This document shows positions 1 through 12,913 of a stretch of 64,000 nucleotides of DNA, in pieces; the stretch's first letter is position 1, and the number at the start of each line of letters is the position of its first letter. The DNA is taken from positions 155,321,852-155,385,851 of the forward strand of contig NC_068983.1 in NCBI RefSeq assembly GCF_001194135.2, given 5' to 3'. This DNA comes from Octopus bimaculoides. Taxonomy: Eukaryota. A model generated the notes under the pieces. That model saw only the letters and a program-made list of their open reading frames with translations. It was not told the DNA's origin and ran no database searches. Made by a program: the position numbers and the translations under genes.

Positions 1-66
1 CAAAGTCTCACTCTCTGCCTGATTTTCTGGCTGTCTCTCTCTCTCTCCCTCTCTCTCCCTCTCTGC

Positions 67-82
67 ACATACACACACACAC

Positions 83-130
<48 letters not shown>
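67..130. repeat. (CT)n/(CA)n microsatellite
   Basis: Long CA run, preceded by a CT tract. Confidence 0.95.
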
Positions 131-137
<7 letters not shown>

Positions 138-164
138 ACATCTTTGGCACCGTCATAGAGTAGG

Positions 165-360
165 GGTAGATGTTTTCACAAAACAACTTGACCTGTTGCT
201 GTTCAAGGTCCCAAATGAGCCAATATCAAGACAGGAAACTCAAAAGAGGGCAGCAGTGTCGATCTTACTTCTTTACCAAAAGTCAATCACACAAGATTGG
301 CCATTGGCCACTGGCGGTTGTCCAGGATGGCCACAACCTTAGGGCTGAAACGTATAAAAG
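165..360 (+). mobile_element. 3' end of a CR1-like LINE ORF2 (decayed fragment)
   Basis: A frame not shown in the ORF track reads DVFTKQLDLLLFKVPNEPISRQETQKRAAVS. This resembles the 'LD.FL..VPDEP.....RAA.SNSL' C-terminus of invertebrate CR1-clade ORF2 (recognition only). Confidence 0.5.
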
Positions 361-575
361 AGTATGAATATAAACTGGCATGATTAACAGAAAACTTACT
401 CTATCCAATGAGAGATAAATATCATTTCACATACACAGTATTTAAATGCAAGTCTCGTGGTGTATTTAAGCCTGGAAGATTGGTTGGAAGCACAAGACTT
501 GATATATAAATTAGCCGGTTACCACCGCAAGAAACTAGTAGTAGTTCGTATTTAGATAATGTATATGCTAAATTG

Positions 576-609
<34 letters not shown>

Positions 610-613
<4 letters not shown>

Positions 614-781
614 CTTGACAACCGATGGTGGTGTGTTTAGGTCCCCGTAACTTAGCGGTTCGGCAAAAGAGGCCGATAGAATAAGNNNNNNNNNNAGTCT
701 TGGGGTCGATTTGCTCGACTAAAGGCGGTGCTCCAGCATGGCCGAAGTCAAATGACTGAAACAAGGAAAAAAGTAAAAGAG
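610..781 (+). mobile_element. SINE family A, 3' half
   Basis: atcgcttgacaaccgatg...gtaacttagcggttcggc...ctccagcatggcc...gaaacaag matches the 3' parts of the copies at 2054-2164 and 46850-46932. Confidence 0.85.
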
Positions 782-1468
782 TATATATATATATATGCAC
801 ATACATACATACATAATACATACACACACATATTTAATTGTTGCTATATACATATATTTAGGTATGTGATACACACACACATACACGCAAATGAGTGAAG
901 TGGAATGTAGCGTGGCAATATATAATATACATCGGAAACATGATTTGTGAACCACACATGAAAAATTTCATTGTTTTGTATTTCTCCCACCAAATAAACT
1001 TCAGAAAATGTCTCGCATATTCGTCTAATCAATGCTCAGAGAACACGTGCTAATAATGCAAAAAACACGTTATTTTTCTCTTTGTTTTTAACATTCTATA
1101 CATCACAAAGGCAAGCTCACAAACTAGCTATTGTTAGTGTATATTTAATGCTGATAAATAGCTTAGTGTTTTGAAAAAAATTGTCAGGACTATTTTTCAG
1201 TATGTGGGAAATCTTATGTAGAAAATAATCTATGTAGCCATTTGATATTTAAAATAACGATGGAAGTGTCTGTCAGAGAACACCGATTACGATTATTTCC
1301 TCAAAAGTGTTATAGGTAAGGGTACAATGTTATATTCCTCTTAGAAATAAAGATACACACTTTCCGGAACCATAAATGTAGGGTGATACATTTCCTTTTT
1401 TGGATGAATTCATTTTTAGTGATAATATTATCATCCGCTAAAGACGTGATATATATATTAAATATATA

Positions 1469-2164
1469 GGCGCAGGAGTGGCTATGTGGTAAGTAGCTTG
1501 CTTACCAGCCACAAGGTTCCGGGTTCAGTCCCACTGCGTGGCACCTTGGGCAAGTGTCTTCTACTATAGCCTCGGGCCGACCAAAGCCTTGTGAGTGGAT
1601 TTGGTAGACGGAAACTGAAAGAAGCCCGTCGTATATATGTNNNNNNNNNNNNNNNNNNNNNNNNNNNNNNNNNNNNNNNNNNNNNNNNNNNNNNNNNNNN
1701 NNNNNNNNNNNNNNNNNNNNNNNNNNNNNNNNNNNNNNNNNNNNNNNNNNNNNNNNNNNNNNNNNNNNNNNNNNNNNNNNNNNNNNNNNNNNNNNNNNNN
1801 NNNNNNNNNNNNNNNNNNNNNNNNNNNNNNNNNNNNNNNNNNNNNNNNNNNNNNNNNNNNNNNNNNNNNNNNNNNNNNNNNNNNNNNNNNNNNNNNNNNN
1901 NNNNNNNNNNNNNNNNNNNNNNNNNNNNNNNNNNNNNNNNNNNNNNNNNNNNNNNNNNNNNNNNNNNNNNNNNNNNNNNNNNNNNNNNNNNNNNNNNNNN
2001 NNNNNNNNNNNNNNNNNNNNNNNNNNNNNNNNNNNNNNNNNNNNNNNNNNNNNCGATAGAATAAGTACTAGGCTTCCAAAGAATAAGTCCTGGGGTCGAC
2101 TTGCTCGACTAAAAGGCGGTGCTCCAGCATGGCCACAGTCAAATGATTGAAACAAGTAAAAGAG
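1469..2164 (+). mobile_element. tRNA-derived SINE family A (full length, internal gap)
   Basis: Head ggcgcaggagtggctatgtggtaag...ccgggttcagtccc (A/B-box-like). The body is nearly identical to 46618-46790, with an internal microsatellite/gap and the 3' tail. Confidence 0.9.
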
Positions 2165-4793
2165 AGAAAGAGAGAATATATAAGTATTGCTTATGGCCAC
2201 TTCAATGTAGCTGTCCTGTAAGACACGACGATACCACCATTTAACCCCAGGAAGACATCTCCTCCAACAGGCTTATTCATGCGGGAGATAACTCCTGCCA
2301 CTCCGGTTTCAAGACCACCAGACCATGTGGTTAGAATCTGTATTGGATCTTCTCGGTGGTGGGTAAACTGCTGCCAGGCGTGGCAGCAGTTTACCTCGCT
2401 TGCAATATGTAGAATATACAACGTCATACAATCACTGATTTTGTAATTAGGAAACTAGACCGCTAGAAAATCTTTGTACTTCCTTGGCTATCGCCGAGCA
2501 AGCACGCGAACTTACTTCGTCCCCACTTTCAAATTCGTGCCTCACAGCGTTCATACACATAATTTTTCCCGTCTGGCCGTATAGCCTTTTCCGTTTGTTT
2601 TCCTGTCTTGTTTTCTGTCCGCCACTACATTCCTCCATGGCAAGGTTTAATTTGTGTATACAAATTTAATTTGCGGTCCATGGGAAGAGCCGTTTTAACG
2701 ATGCGTCCTACCCAGCTCTTCGAAACGCCGGTGTTAAAACGGGGGTAGCTGATGAAGTAGAATGTTCTCTATGTGGCTTGTGTGTTTTGTTGTCTACGTT
2801 TTGTTTGCAATGTCCTGTACCCAGATATGCACCTATACATACAGGTGGATGTCGGTATGCACATACCTGTACGTATATATGCATATACTCATTTACTATT
2901 TGTTTATATATATATATATATATATAAATAATAAATCTCGTGTAGTGATGTTTTAAGTTGTCTTTCTGGGTTCCTGTACGCATGAGTTTCTTGATAGGTG
3001 AATACTTTTTTAAAGATGTTCAGGAAGCCCTATATAGTTTTTGTGTTACTGTAAGAAAGAGCTTTATCTATAAATTGACACTTTAGAATGACATATTGTC
3101 AAGAAAGTAGAGATTTAGGTTGTTGCAATTATATTGTGGATAAAAATCTCCCCTTGTCGTACTGAAGGTCTTTTGTCTGTATAATCTATTGAATTTTTTA
3201 CTGTAATTTTAGCCTATCGTAATGATATTTTTTTACTTAATATCTAATAAAATCTTTAGGGTACCTTCGGTACATCAAGGGAGAAATGCTTATTCATATG
3301 ACTCCGAAGAAACCTGGGATTAATGAAGCAAGCAATTCTACTATGGAAAAATTTATATCATAATATTTCGATCCTCTACTTTTGGATTTATGAATATGAA
3401 TGTTGTTTATTATGCAAAGAATGTAGACTATTTATTAAGCTAATAGCCTTCAACACGTATTTATAATGATGAACATGTTTAAAATATTTCTCAAGGATAA
3501 GCTGTCATGTGTCATTAACATGAGTAAAAGAAAATTTTAGCATTATTATAGAATAGTAGGAATTTATATTAAAATACTGAAATTGCTCACTATGTTCGCT
3601 ACATGGGCAGTATTTACCCGTATCTAACTATAAAACTATATTGAAGAAATGAACTATGCTTGGATTCCTATCTGCTGTGATCTTCAAGTCTAACTAATGA
3701 AAATGTTGATAATCGCCTACTCAGCAGTATCCATTTTGTGGCCATTCAAAATGTGTAGTCCATCATTATAGTAAAGACCGGATCTTACAGAGCGAAGTTT
3801 CTTCCGATTTAAGTCTAAGGTGTGCCATGCAATTAATTCACAAACGTCACATCCCATTGTCGGTCAAGTGACTATATTAAACAACTCCTGGTCGGCATGT
3901 TAAATCCCAAAAGTAATATAACATGGCAAAGAGTTCCAAGAGTGCGAATAATATTAATGTTCTATCATTAATCCTCATCCGAATTCTAAAGCTTTTTAAA
4001 GAAGAAACTTACTTGTAGACGGTTACAATTCTTTTACACTGAAGTCCATATGTCAGCGAAGATACATACCGTTATGCTACTGAACCACTTGATAACAGAT
4101 AAACTATTATCCATTACGAAGAGAAGTAAACTTTTCATAACCTCATATTATGTAACGTAATGCATTCTGATCTAAAACTATAATAAAATTAGGAAACAAG
4201 TTTTATTAATTAAGATCTAACTTCATAATAATATGTCGATTAATGGCATACTGAGGTTCGTTTCGTTTTCCACCTTTTTTTTTTTCAAAAATTTACTCTA
4301 CATTTTTTGTTGGGATTTTAATTTTTGAAGTAATCAAGTTTAAAGATCTCACACAGACTGCATTTGCCAGTTTCCGATCGACTTCCAGTGTGATACTTTT
4401 CCTCAGTATCTTGGATGAACTTTTAGTGCTTGAAGTTGCAGGCTGTTTCACTCATAACAGGTAAAAACAATTGTGTGAATTGCATGAGTGTTTGTGAGAA
4501 CATGCAAGATTATGAATAATTTTGTCATTCAAAGGCCATGGATACTTAGAAAAAGTGGTAATGTACTCTAATTGAATTTTTAAAGGTCCTCCATTTCACA
4601 CAATTCTTTCTTACCTGCTTTCTTACTCAGTTGTCACATGCTTGCTCGTGTCACTAAAATCATTGGACAATGAACTACCTCTTGCACAACTATCTTACTA
4701 TAAGGTCACAAACGAAACATTAAATATTATTATTATTTACCTGATATTCAGAAACAAGAAACTTTAAGGAGCATGTCATGGAATTTACTTGCG

Positions 4794-4824
<31 letters not shown>

Positions 4825-5118
4825 NNNNNNNNNNNNNNNNNNNNNNNNNNNNNNNNNNNNNNNNNNNNNNNNNNNNNNNNNNNNNNNNNNNNNNNNNNNN
4901 NNNNNNNNNNNNNNNNNNNNNNNNNNNNNNNNNNNNNNNNNNNNNNNNNNNNNNNNNNNNNNNNNNNNNNNNNNNNNNNNNNNNNNNNNNNNNNNNNNNN
5001 NNNNNNNNNNNNNNNNNNNNNNNNNNNNNNNNNNNNNNNNNNNNNNNNNNNNNNNNNNNNNNNNNNNNNNNNNNNNNNNNNNNNNNNNNNNNNNNNNNNN
5101 NNNNNNNNNNNNNNNNNN

Positions 5119-5150
<32 letters not shown>

Positions 5151-5888
5151 TGTTTATTTCAAGAATAGCCAAGAACAACTGAAAAAGGCTATGCAGACTA
5201 ACAGAGTATTTGATAATGTATTTAAGAAATAATTTGTTTCTTTGCTCAGGGGATATCAGGCATTAAACTATCATCGTCAATTAAATCTATATGTCGATGT
5301 ATAATAGACCTGTCAGGACTACCTAACAAGTTAAAGAAACAGTGGCTGTCACAATGTGAATCTAGTAGGGATTACTTATTTGCGAACTAAGGCGTTTATT
5401 TGTTGTCAATTAACAATGAAATAGTATGAAGTAAATTATAAATATATTACCTTCAGGAATGTAAGTTATCTTTTCAAACAACGATTGTAGATTCATTTGC
5501 TATGGCAATGAATCTTTCCCAGCCTGTGAATAACAGAAATTTATCTATTTTCTAAATAGTAAGATTCAGAGCTTAATATTTTTAAAGAAGTTATTTGGAA
5601 AAAAATTCTATAAATGATAGATGATATTTAAAATAATATTAAAATTGATATTAAATGATACGTTATAATTTCAATTTGAATTAATAAAAACAACTAATTG
5701 AGATGATTTATATATTAAGGAATAGTTTAGTAAATGCAGCTGTGAAAAATTCTGAATGATTTGAAATTTCGTACTTTGTAGATGAAAGAAAATAAACACC
5801 CAACAGTAACTGTTCGTAACAGCTTTCAAAAAGGGAAAAATTACAACACGAAATTAAGAATTAACTTCATAGTTTTAATTTACATAAA

Positions 5889-6785
5889 AGCGGTGAGCTG
5901 GCAGAATCGTTAGCCTGCCGGTTAAAATGCTTAGCGGCATTCCATTTGTCTTTATGTTCTGAGTATAAATTCTGTCGAGGCCGACTTTGCCTTTCATCCT
6001 TTCTGGATCGATAAAATAAGTATACCAGTCGAGCACTAGGCTCGGATCTTGTTCAAAACGGGGGCACCAGTATTTTCTTAACGAAACACTTTGAAACTTG
6101 GGACACTGGTACAATGTGTCATATAAAACATCTTTTTCTCTTAGTCTTCTTAACAAAAAAAACGTACATCGCAAGTTATTTCATGTTAAAGTTGTCGTAT
6201 TTCTGTAATTTCAACCAATGACTGACGTCCATTCATCCGATATACATTAAGTGCTGACGACGTAAACAAACGATTCTGGCGGTGATAAAATTATTATTTC
6301 CTTGTCAAAAAATGGCTGAAGCATATTGGCAGTAGCTAATAAACCTTTCTATTATAGGCACAAGGCATGGTTTTTGAGGGAAGGAGCAAGTCAATTAGGG
6401 TTAGGGTTAGAGTTAGGGTTAGGGAAAACGAACACACGTGTGTTGCCTCTGCAAAATGTCAGAAGTAATGGAGATTAAATACGCTTTACACCGCTTAAAC
6501 TGCCAAAGGAGTAAGTGTCAACAGCTGAATACTTGTCAGTGATTGGTTGAAATTATCGAAATAAGACAATATTTTACATGAAATAAATCCGAATACAAAA
6601 TTTTTTTTCTGTTCTATAACACAAAATAGATAAGTATACGAAGTTTGAAAGTCTTTCGGTACCAAAAACACTACATAAAACATAAATGAAAACTGGTGCC
6701 CCCGTTTTGAACAGGATCCCTAGGCTCGATGTAATCAGCTTACACATCCCACTGAAATTTCAGGCTTATGCCTATAGTAGAAAGC
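5889..6785 (+). mobile_element. SINE family B, split by a MITE insertion
   Basis: gcggtgagctggcagaatcgttagc... at 5889-6043 resumes as gatgtaatc...aaatttcaggcttatgcctatagtagaaag after 6727. Confidence 0.85.
6044..6719. mobile_element. Non-autonomous DNA transposon (MITE), Merlin-like, copy 1
   Basis: TIR GGATCTTGTTCAAAACGGGGGCACCAG / CTGGTGCCCCCGTTTTGAACAGGATCC. 8-bp TSD CTAGGCTC at 6036-6043 and 6720-6727. GG termini with an 8-bp TSD fit Merlin, but hAT or P are not excluded. Homologous to 50339-50970. Confidence 0.85.
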
Positions 6786-6803
6786 AATATTTATTTACAT
6801 GAA

Positions 6804-7000
6804 CGTGACGAACTGGCAGAATCATTGAGCACGCCAGGCAAAATGTTTAACGACATTTAACCGGTCTTTACGTTCTGAGTTCGAATTCCGCCGTGGTTGA
6901 CTTTACCTTTTACCCATTTCGGGGCCGATAAGATAAGTACCAGTTGAACAATAAGGTCGATGTAATCGACTTATCCATTTCCTCCAATATTACTGGTGTT
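6804..7000 (+). mobile_element. SINE family B (diverged)
   Basis: aactggcagaatcattgagc...ttacgttctgagttcgaattccgccg...gtcgatgtaatcgactt. Confidence 0.8.
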
Positions 7001-7005
7001 GTGCC

Positions 7006-7150
7006 GTGGTAAGTAGCTTGCTTACCAACCACATGGTTCCGGGTTCAGTCCCACTGCGTGGCACCTTGGGCAAGTATCTTCTACTATAGCCTCGGGCCGA
7101 CCAAAGCCTTGTGAGTGGATTTGGTAGACGGAAACTGAAAGAAGCCTGTC

Positions 7151-7152
<2 letters not shown>
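7006..7152 (+). mobile_element. SINE family A, 5' part
   Basis: gtggtaagtagcttgcttaccaaccacatggttccgggttcagtccc...gaaactgaaagaagcc, followed by (TA)n(TG)n. Confidence 0.9.
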
Positions 7153-7227
<75 letters not shown>

Positions 7228-7557
7228 TGTCCCTCAGAAGTTATTCGTGTGCCGTTTTCTCTAGATACAAATCTTTGTCAATTGATCATGAAGGCTTGAT
7301 TATTGAACGTTATATTACACGGATGACGTGTAACAAGTTAAAACATTTCCATAGTCTTCACTTGCCCGCAAACAAAGATCAAAATTTACCGGAAGTATGT
7401 AAATAAACTATGGGAGATTAATTCTTAATTTCCTGGCATTATCATACTTTTTGCTGAGAATCGCGAACAATTGCCGCTAAACTGGTGTTTTTTCTTTCTC
7501 CTAATAAACCAGAAATTCCAAAAGTGATATTTTAGTGCAGCTTTATTACATCATCTC

Positions 7558-8578
7558 TTGTTATGTTTCAGAATGGTCATTTTCTTTCTTTCTCCTTGCC
7601 AAATAAACACACGCACTATATATTCGTTCTTCACTTGTTTATAATACCTCATATTTTATGTCCTTTGTCTGAAATCTTTCGTCACACATCCTGTGGCCTC
7701 TTCTCCACGCCACGTGTCTCTCCCGTTTCTATAGTGTGTATGCTTATCTGCGCATACGTTTGTGTCTGTATATGTGTGTGTGTGTGTGTGTGTGTGCATG
7801 CGTGTGTGTATTCGTCTTTATGTATTTTGTATGTGCTTTGTGTGTATGCATATGGGTTTGCTTACTATACTGTCTGTATCCCTTTATCTATTTATTTATT
7901 TATTTATTTATTTAGCTCTCTATTTTTCCCATTTCTTCTTAAGTATGTGTATTTGTGTCTTTTGTGTGCTTGTGTGTATACTGGTTTATGTATTATTCTG
8001 TTTGTATCTGTGTCTTTTTTTCTTTTCTTTTATTTTCATTCAGAAAACAGAAAACACGAATGGAACAATAACAGTTCCTTCCACCAAACTACGCAACATG
8101 ACGTCTAAAGACAATGGGAAAAGAAAAAAAGAAAAGGTACAAATACAAACAGGATAGTACATAAACCCATACACACGCACACAAAAGACACACATATACA
8201 TGCTTAAGATGAAATGGGGAAATTAAATAAATAAATAAATAATAAACAAATAAAAATAAACAAAGGGCATAGATACAAACACTATAGTGAGTAAACCCAT
8301 ATACAGACACACACAAAATATAGAGATGCGTACACATACACGCGCGCGCGCAAACGTATGCGTGGATAAGGATACACACCATAGAAAAACAGAATGGACT
8401 AAACAGAACAGGAGGAGTCATGTGGGATGGAGAGTCGCTGAAGAGGTCACAAGATGTGTTATGAAATATTTCCAGACAATGGACATAAGATAAGCACAAT
8501 AATAAACAAGAGAAGTACGAATATATAGTGTGTGTTTATTTGGCACGAAATAAAAATAACTATCTTGAAATATAACAA
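7558..8578. repeat. Long foldback (~1 kb inverted repeat, ~450-bp arms)
   Basis: 7558-8030 is an imperfect reverse complement of 8120-8578, for example gccaaataaacacac / gtgtgtttatttggc and atgggtttgcttactata / tatagtgagtaaacccat. The ORF-track peptides on opposite strands mirror each other. Confidence 0.9.
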
Positions 8579-8582
8579 TATA

Positions 8583-8730
8583 AGCGTAGGAGTGGCTTAT
8601 AGGCGTAGGAGTGGCTGTGTGGTAAGTAGCTTGCTTACCAACCACATGCTTCCGGGTTCAGTCCCACTGCGTGACACCTTGGGCAAGTGAGTGGATTTGG
8701 TAGACGGAAACTGAAAGAAGCCTGTCGTAT
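8583..8730 (+). mobile_element. SINE family A, 5' part (duplicated head, internal deletion)
   Basis: gcgtaggagtggct occurs twice, followed by the family A body. Confidence 0.85.
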
Positions 8731-9396
8731 ATATGTATATATATATGNNNNNNNNNNNNNNNNNNNNNNNNNNNNNNNNNNNNNNNNNNNNNNNNNNNNN
8801 NNNNNNNNNNNNNNNNNNNNNNNNNNNNNNNNNNNNNNNNNNNNNNNNNNNNNNNNNNNNNNNNNNNNNNNNNNNNNNNNNNNNNNNNNNNNNNNNNNNN
8901 NNNNNNNNNNNNNNNNNNNNNNNNNNNNNNNNNNNNNNNNNNNNNNNNNNNNNNNNNNNNNNNNNNNNNNNNNNNNNNNNNNNNNNNNNNNNNNNNNNNN
9001 NNNNNNNNNNNNNNNNNNNNNNNNNNNNNNNNNNNNNNNNNNNNNNNNNNNNNNNNNNNNNNNNNNNNNNNNNNNNNNNNNNNNNNNNNNNNNNNNNNNN
9101 NNNNNNNNNNNNNNNNNNNNNNNNNNNNNNNNNNNNNNNNNNNNNNNNNNNNNNNNNNNNNNNNNNNNNNNNNNNNNNNNNNNNNNNNNNNNNNNNNNNN
9201 NNNNNNNNNNNNNNNNNNNNNNNNNNNNNNNNNNNNNNNNNNNNNNNNNNNNNNNNNNNNNNNNNNNNNNNNNNNNNNNNNNNNNNNNNNNNNNNNNNNN
9301 NNNNNNNNNNNNNNNNNNNNNNNNNNNNNNNNNNNNNNNNNNNNNNNNNNNNNNNNNNNNNNNNNNNNNNNNNNNNNNNNNNNNNNNNNNNNNNNN

Positions 9397-9584
9397 GTAC
9401 CTGTAATTCAAAGGGCCAGCCTTGTCACACTGTTTCACGCTGAATATCCCCGAGAACTACGTTAAGGGTACACGTGTCTGTGGAGTGCTCAGCCACTTGC
9501 ACGTTAATTTCACGAGCAGGCTGTTCCGTTGATCGGATCAACTGGAACCCTCGTCGTCGTAAGCGACGGAGTGCCAACAACAAC
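9397..9584 (+). mobile_element. SINE family C, 3' part
   Basis: cctgtaattcaaagggccagc...gtaagcgacggagtgccaacaacaac matches 62157-62332. Confidence 0.9.
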
Positions 9585-11074
9585 TATATGCATACGCTTC
9601 TGATTTCTGCCATTCTAGAGCTCATGCTTAAAACAATCGTTCCTGTACGTGTAAGTCAAGTTATTGAAATAATCTTTGATGCATGAGATGTAGTATATGA
9701 ATTAAGGTCATATAAAAAATTTAGGTAAAATACTTTTACTTGAAAAGGTTATGCATACGAATTTTCTGAAAAATGCTAAGGGTAAAGCAATCTATTTTAG
9801 GTGATGTGCTTTAAACAAATGGTCTAGGAATAGAGAAAAATGTAGAAGAAATGTAGAAGAAATGGAAAAGCATGCCATTAAAAGTATTACTTTAGCTATC
9901 TTGGTTTATGATAGGTTTAATGCTCTGAAAGTTTTAAAAACCATATGTCAGTACAAAGAGATTCTTTCCAAGAGTCTACGACGGAAAATAATTTCTGAAT
10001 TAAGTATTGACGATAGAAAGAAATCATATTCTTACCATTATCTTACTCTTAAAAACCGAAAGGCTTACTTCACACATTCGCTTAAATAAACTCCACTAAA
10101 ATTGACTCGGTAAAATTAGTGAAAAAAAAACACGTGAATAATTCCAAAACTTACACTGGTATAATTACTATCACCACAGAACGACACTCAGAGAGTGAGA
10201 GAATAAAATTACCCAATAATAACCACGGTAATCTGCCATAAAGGAATATTTATCCCACCAACGTTCAAACTCGGCTTATAATCTCCCGAACCATTATAGA
10301 AGTTTCACAACCACAAATGAAAAGGAAATAAGTATTATGATGCTTGCCTGACAGCTACTTCATAAGAATAGAAGAAGAATCATATGATGTCCGATCGTGC
10401 TCACGATTAAGCCGAGACCAGAAATTCAGTGGGGATATACACTTATTTTGAAGTTTAAAGAACTTCTCCGTGATAACAGATGACAACTTTCTAGTTATAA
10501 ACACAATCAACCACCCCTCCATTGTAGACATAAGAAAGGAAAACTTGTACTTGATAAAAAAATCGTATTCAAAATTACTATTGAAAATAACGTTCCAATT
10601 CGAAAATTCTTAGAGATCATCTTAAATTTTACTAAATGCTTTATATTTATTAATGGCATAAACCCAGAGAAAGCTTTCATAGAGTATTTAAGCAGCCTGA
10701 AAATATGAAAAACTTTAGAGGAAAATAAACATTTAAACATTTTAATCTTTCATGTATTAAGAAAAAAATCTCCATAGACTCCACTGTTCATTTCGAATTT
10801 CCTTTGTTCAAAACTGGATTTAAAAGATAACAAATCAGAAAGACATGAATAAGCCGACCATTAACAATATGCTAAACAGAAAATTACTCGGTAGAAGAAC
10901 TGTATAATACCGGTGCCACAACACCAATTATATCCCTAAATTACCTAGAAAACATTTCCATATACGCCAGAAATATCTCAGATATTATACATATGTACAC
11001 ACACACACACNNNNNNNNNNTTGGGTCTTATTGACACCATTACCTCTCATAACATCTATGTATATATATATCTA

Positions 11075-11547
11075 CAGGGTGTCCACAAAGTCTGGGTACA
11101 TGGAGTAAATAAAATCAAATCATAAACAATTAAATATAAGAAATAATAATTTTCCTTTTTTACTTTTGTTTAAATTAAATTAAAAAATACTTTACTTTTC
11201 CCTGCCCATTTTGCCACAACTGTTAGAGATTGGCTTAATGGCACTTTTCCTCACTGGATTGGAAGAAGGGGGTCATGTGAAATGGTCCCTTCGTTCACCA
11301 GTCCTTTCTCCACATGACTTCTTTTTCTGGGGTATGTTGAAAGAGAAAGTTTACTCAATAAAGATTACAGATTTAAACCACATGAGAGAACGCATTACCA
11401 GTCAGTGTGCTGAAATTGATGGCAATGTAAACTTATTTAATCGAGTTCACCTGAATTTTGCAAGGCGCATCGAGTTATGTATTGAAAATGATGGAAATCA
11501 TTTTGAAGATATTATTTATTAACATTATAATTAAATCAAATTGTTTT
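11075..11547 (+). mobile_element. Tc1/mariner-superfamily (DD37D/maT-like) element, internally deleted; right end lies in a gap
   Basis: TA followed by the TIR-like start CAGGGTGTCCACAAAGTC. ORF 11211-11522 reads W.LRSP.LSPHDFFFWGMLKEKVY...CIENDGNHFE, the WP.RSPDL.P.DF..WG..K..VY transposase C-terminal motif. Confidence 0.85.
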
Positions 11548-12913
11548 NNNNNNNNNNNNNNNNNNNNNNNNNNNNNNNNNNNNNNNNNNNNNNNNNNNNN
11601 NNNNNNNNNNNNNNNNNNNNNNNNNNNNNNNNNNNNNNNNNNNNNNNNNNNNNNNNNNNNNNNNNNNNNNNNNNNNNNNNNNNNNNNNNNNNNNNNNNNN
11701 NNNNNNNNNNNNNNNNNNNNNNNNNNNNNNNNNNNNNNNNNNNNNNNNNNNNNNNNNNNNNNNNNNNNNNNNNNNNNNNNNNNNNNNNNNNNNNNNNNNN
11801 NNNNNNNNNNNNNNNNNNNNNNNNNNNNNNNNNNNNNNNNNNNNNNNNNNNNNNNNNNNNNNNNNNNNNNNNNNNNNNNNNNNNNNNNNNNNNNNNNNNN
11901 NNNNNNNNNNNNNNNNNNNNNNNNNNNNNNNNNNNNNNNNNNNNNNNNNNNNNNNNNNNNNNNNNNNNNNNNNNNNNNNNNNNNNNNNNNNNNNNNNNNN
12001 NNNNNNNNNNNNNNNNNNNNNNNNNNNNNNNNNNNNNNNNNNNNNNNNNNNNNNNNNNNNNNNNNNNNNNNNNNNNNNNNNNNNNNNNNNNNNNNNNNNN
12101 NNNNNNNNNNNNNNNNNNNNNNNNNNNNNNNNNNNNNNNNNNNNNNNNNNNNNNNNNNNNNNNNNNNNNNNNNNNNNNNNNNNNNNNNNNNNNNNNNNNN
12201 NNNNNNNNNNNNNNNNNNNNNNNNNNNNNNNNNNNNNNNNNNNNNNNNNNNNNNNNNNNNNNNNNNNNNNNNNNNNNNNNNNNNNNNNNNNNNNNNNNNN
12301 NNNNNNNNNNNNNNNNNNNNNNNNNNNNNNNNNNNNNNNNNNNNNNNNNNNNNNNNNNNNNNNNNNNNNNNNNNNNNNNNNNNNNNNNNNNNNNNNNNNN
12401 NNNNNNNNNNNNNNNNNNNNNNNNNNNNNNNNNNNNNNNNNNNNNNNNNNNNNNNNNNNNNNNNNNNNNNNNNNNNNNNNNNNNNNNNNNNNNNNNNNNN
12501 NNNNNNNNNNNNNNNNNNNNNNNNNNNNNNNNATATATATAAGCACACTCACACGTTTATAATTAAATTGTTTATTAATTAATCATGTCACCGACAAATG
12601 AATAATATGCAAATTAGTCCAGCTATTTCAACTACTTCCAATTTTGGGATTCATTCAATAACGGTTGTTCGCAGACAGGAGTACGAAGGATACTTATCCT
12701 TTCAGTATTGGCCAATCAACCATAAAACATGCCAGGACAATCTTTACGTTTCTGTCTGCGTGTGGAATAATTAACTGAATTACATTTGTTTTACTTTCTA
12801 AAGTGTAAGCTTTATACACTGTGAGCTATCTACAACAAATGTTCCTAATACTTTCTGAAACACGAATATTGTACATGAAATACGTATGCAAACATTTAAC
12901 TAGACCTATTTTG

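Noticed and set aside
2715-2760. GAAAC...CTGATGA as a permuted hammerhead
   Set aside because: Helix III can form, but stems I and II do not pair, so the fold cannot be built.
5447-5535. Minus-strand AG...GT bounded 73-nt exon candidate; similar candidates at 58686 and 59170-59270
   Set aside because: They have stops in all frames or no recognisable product, and there is no consistent exon chain.
10390-10620. LINE-like peptide 'INHPSIVDIRK' and an NKAPG-like relic at ~18170-18230 (-)
   Set aside because: Single short motifs in heavily interrupted frames are too weak to annotate without an alignment.
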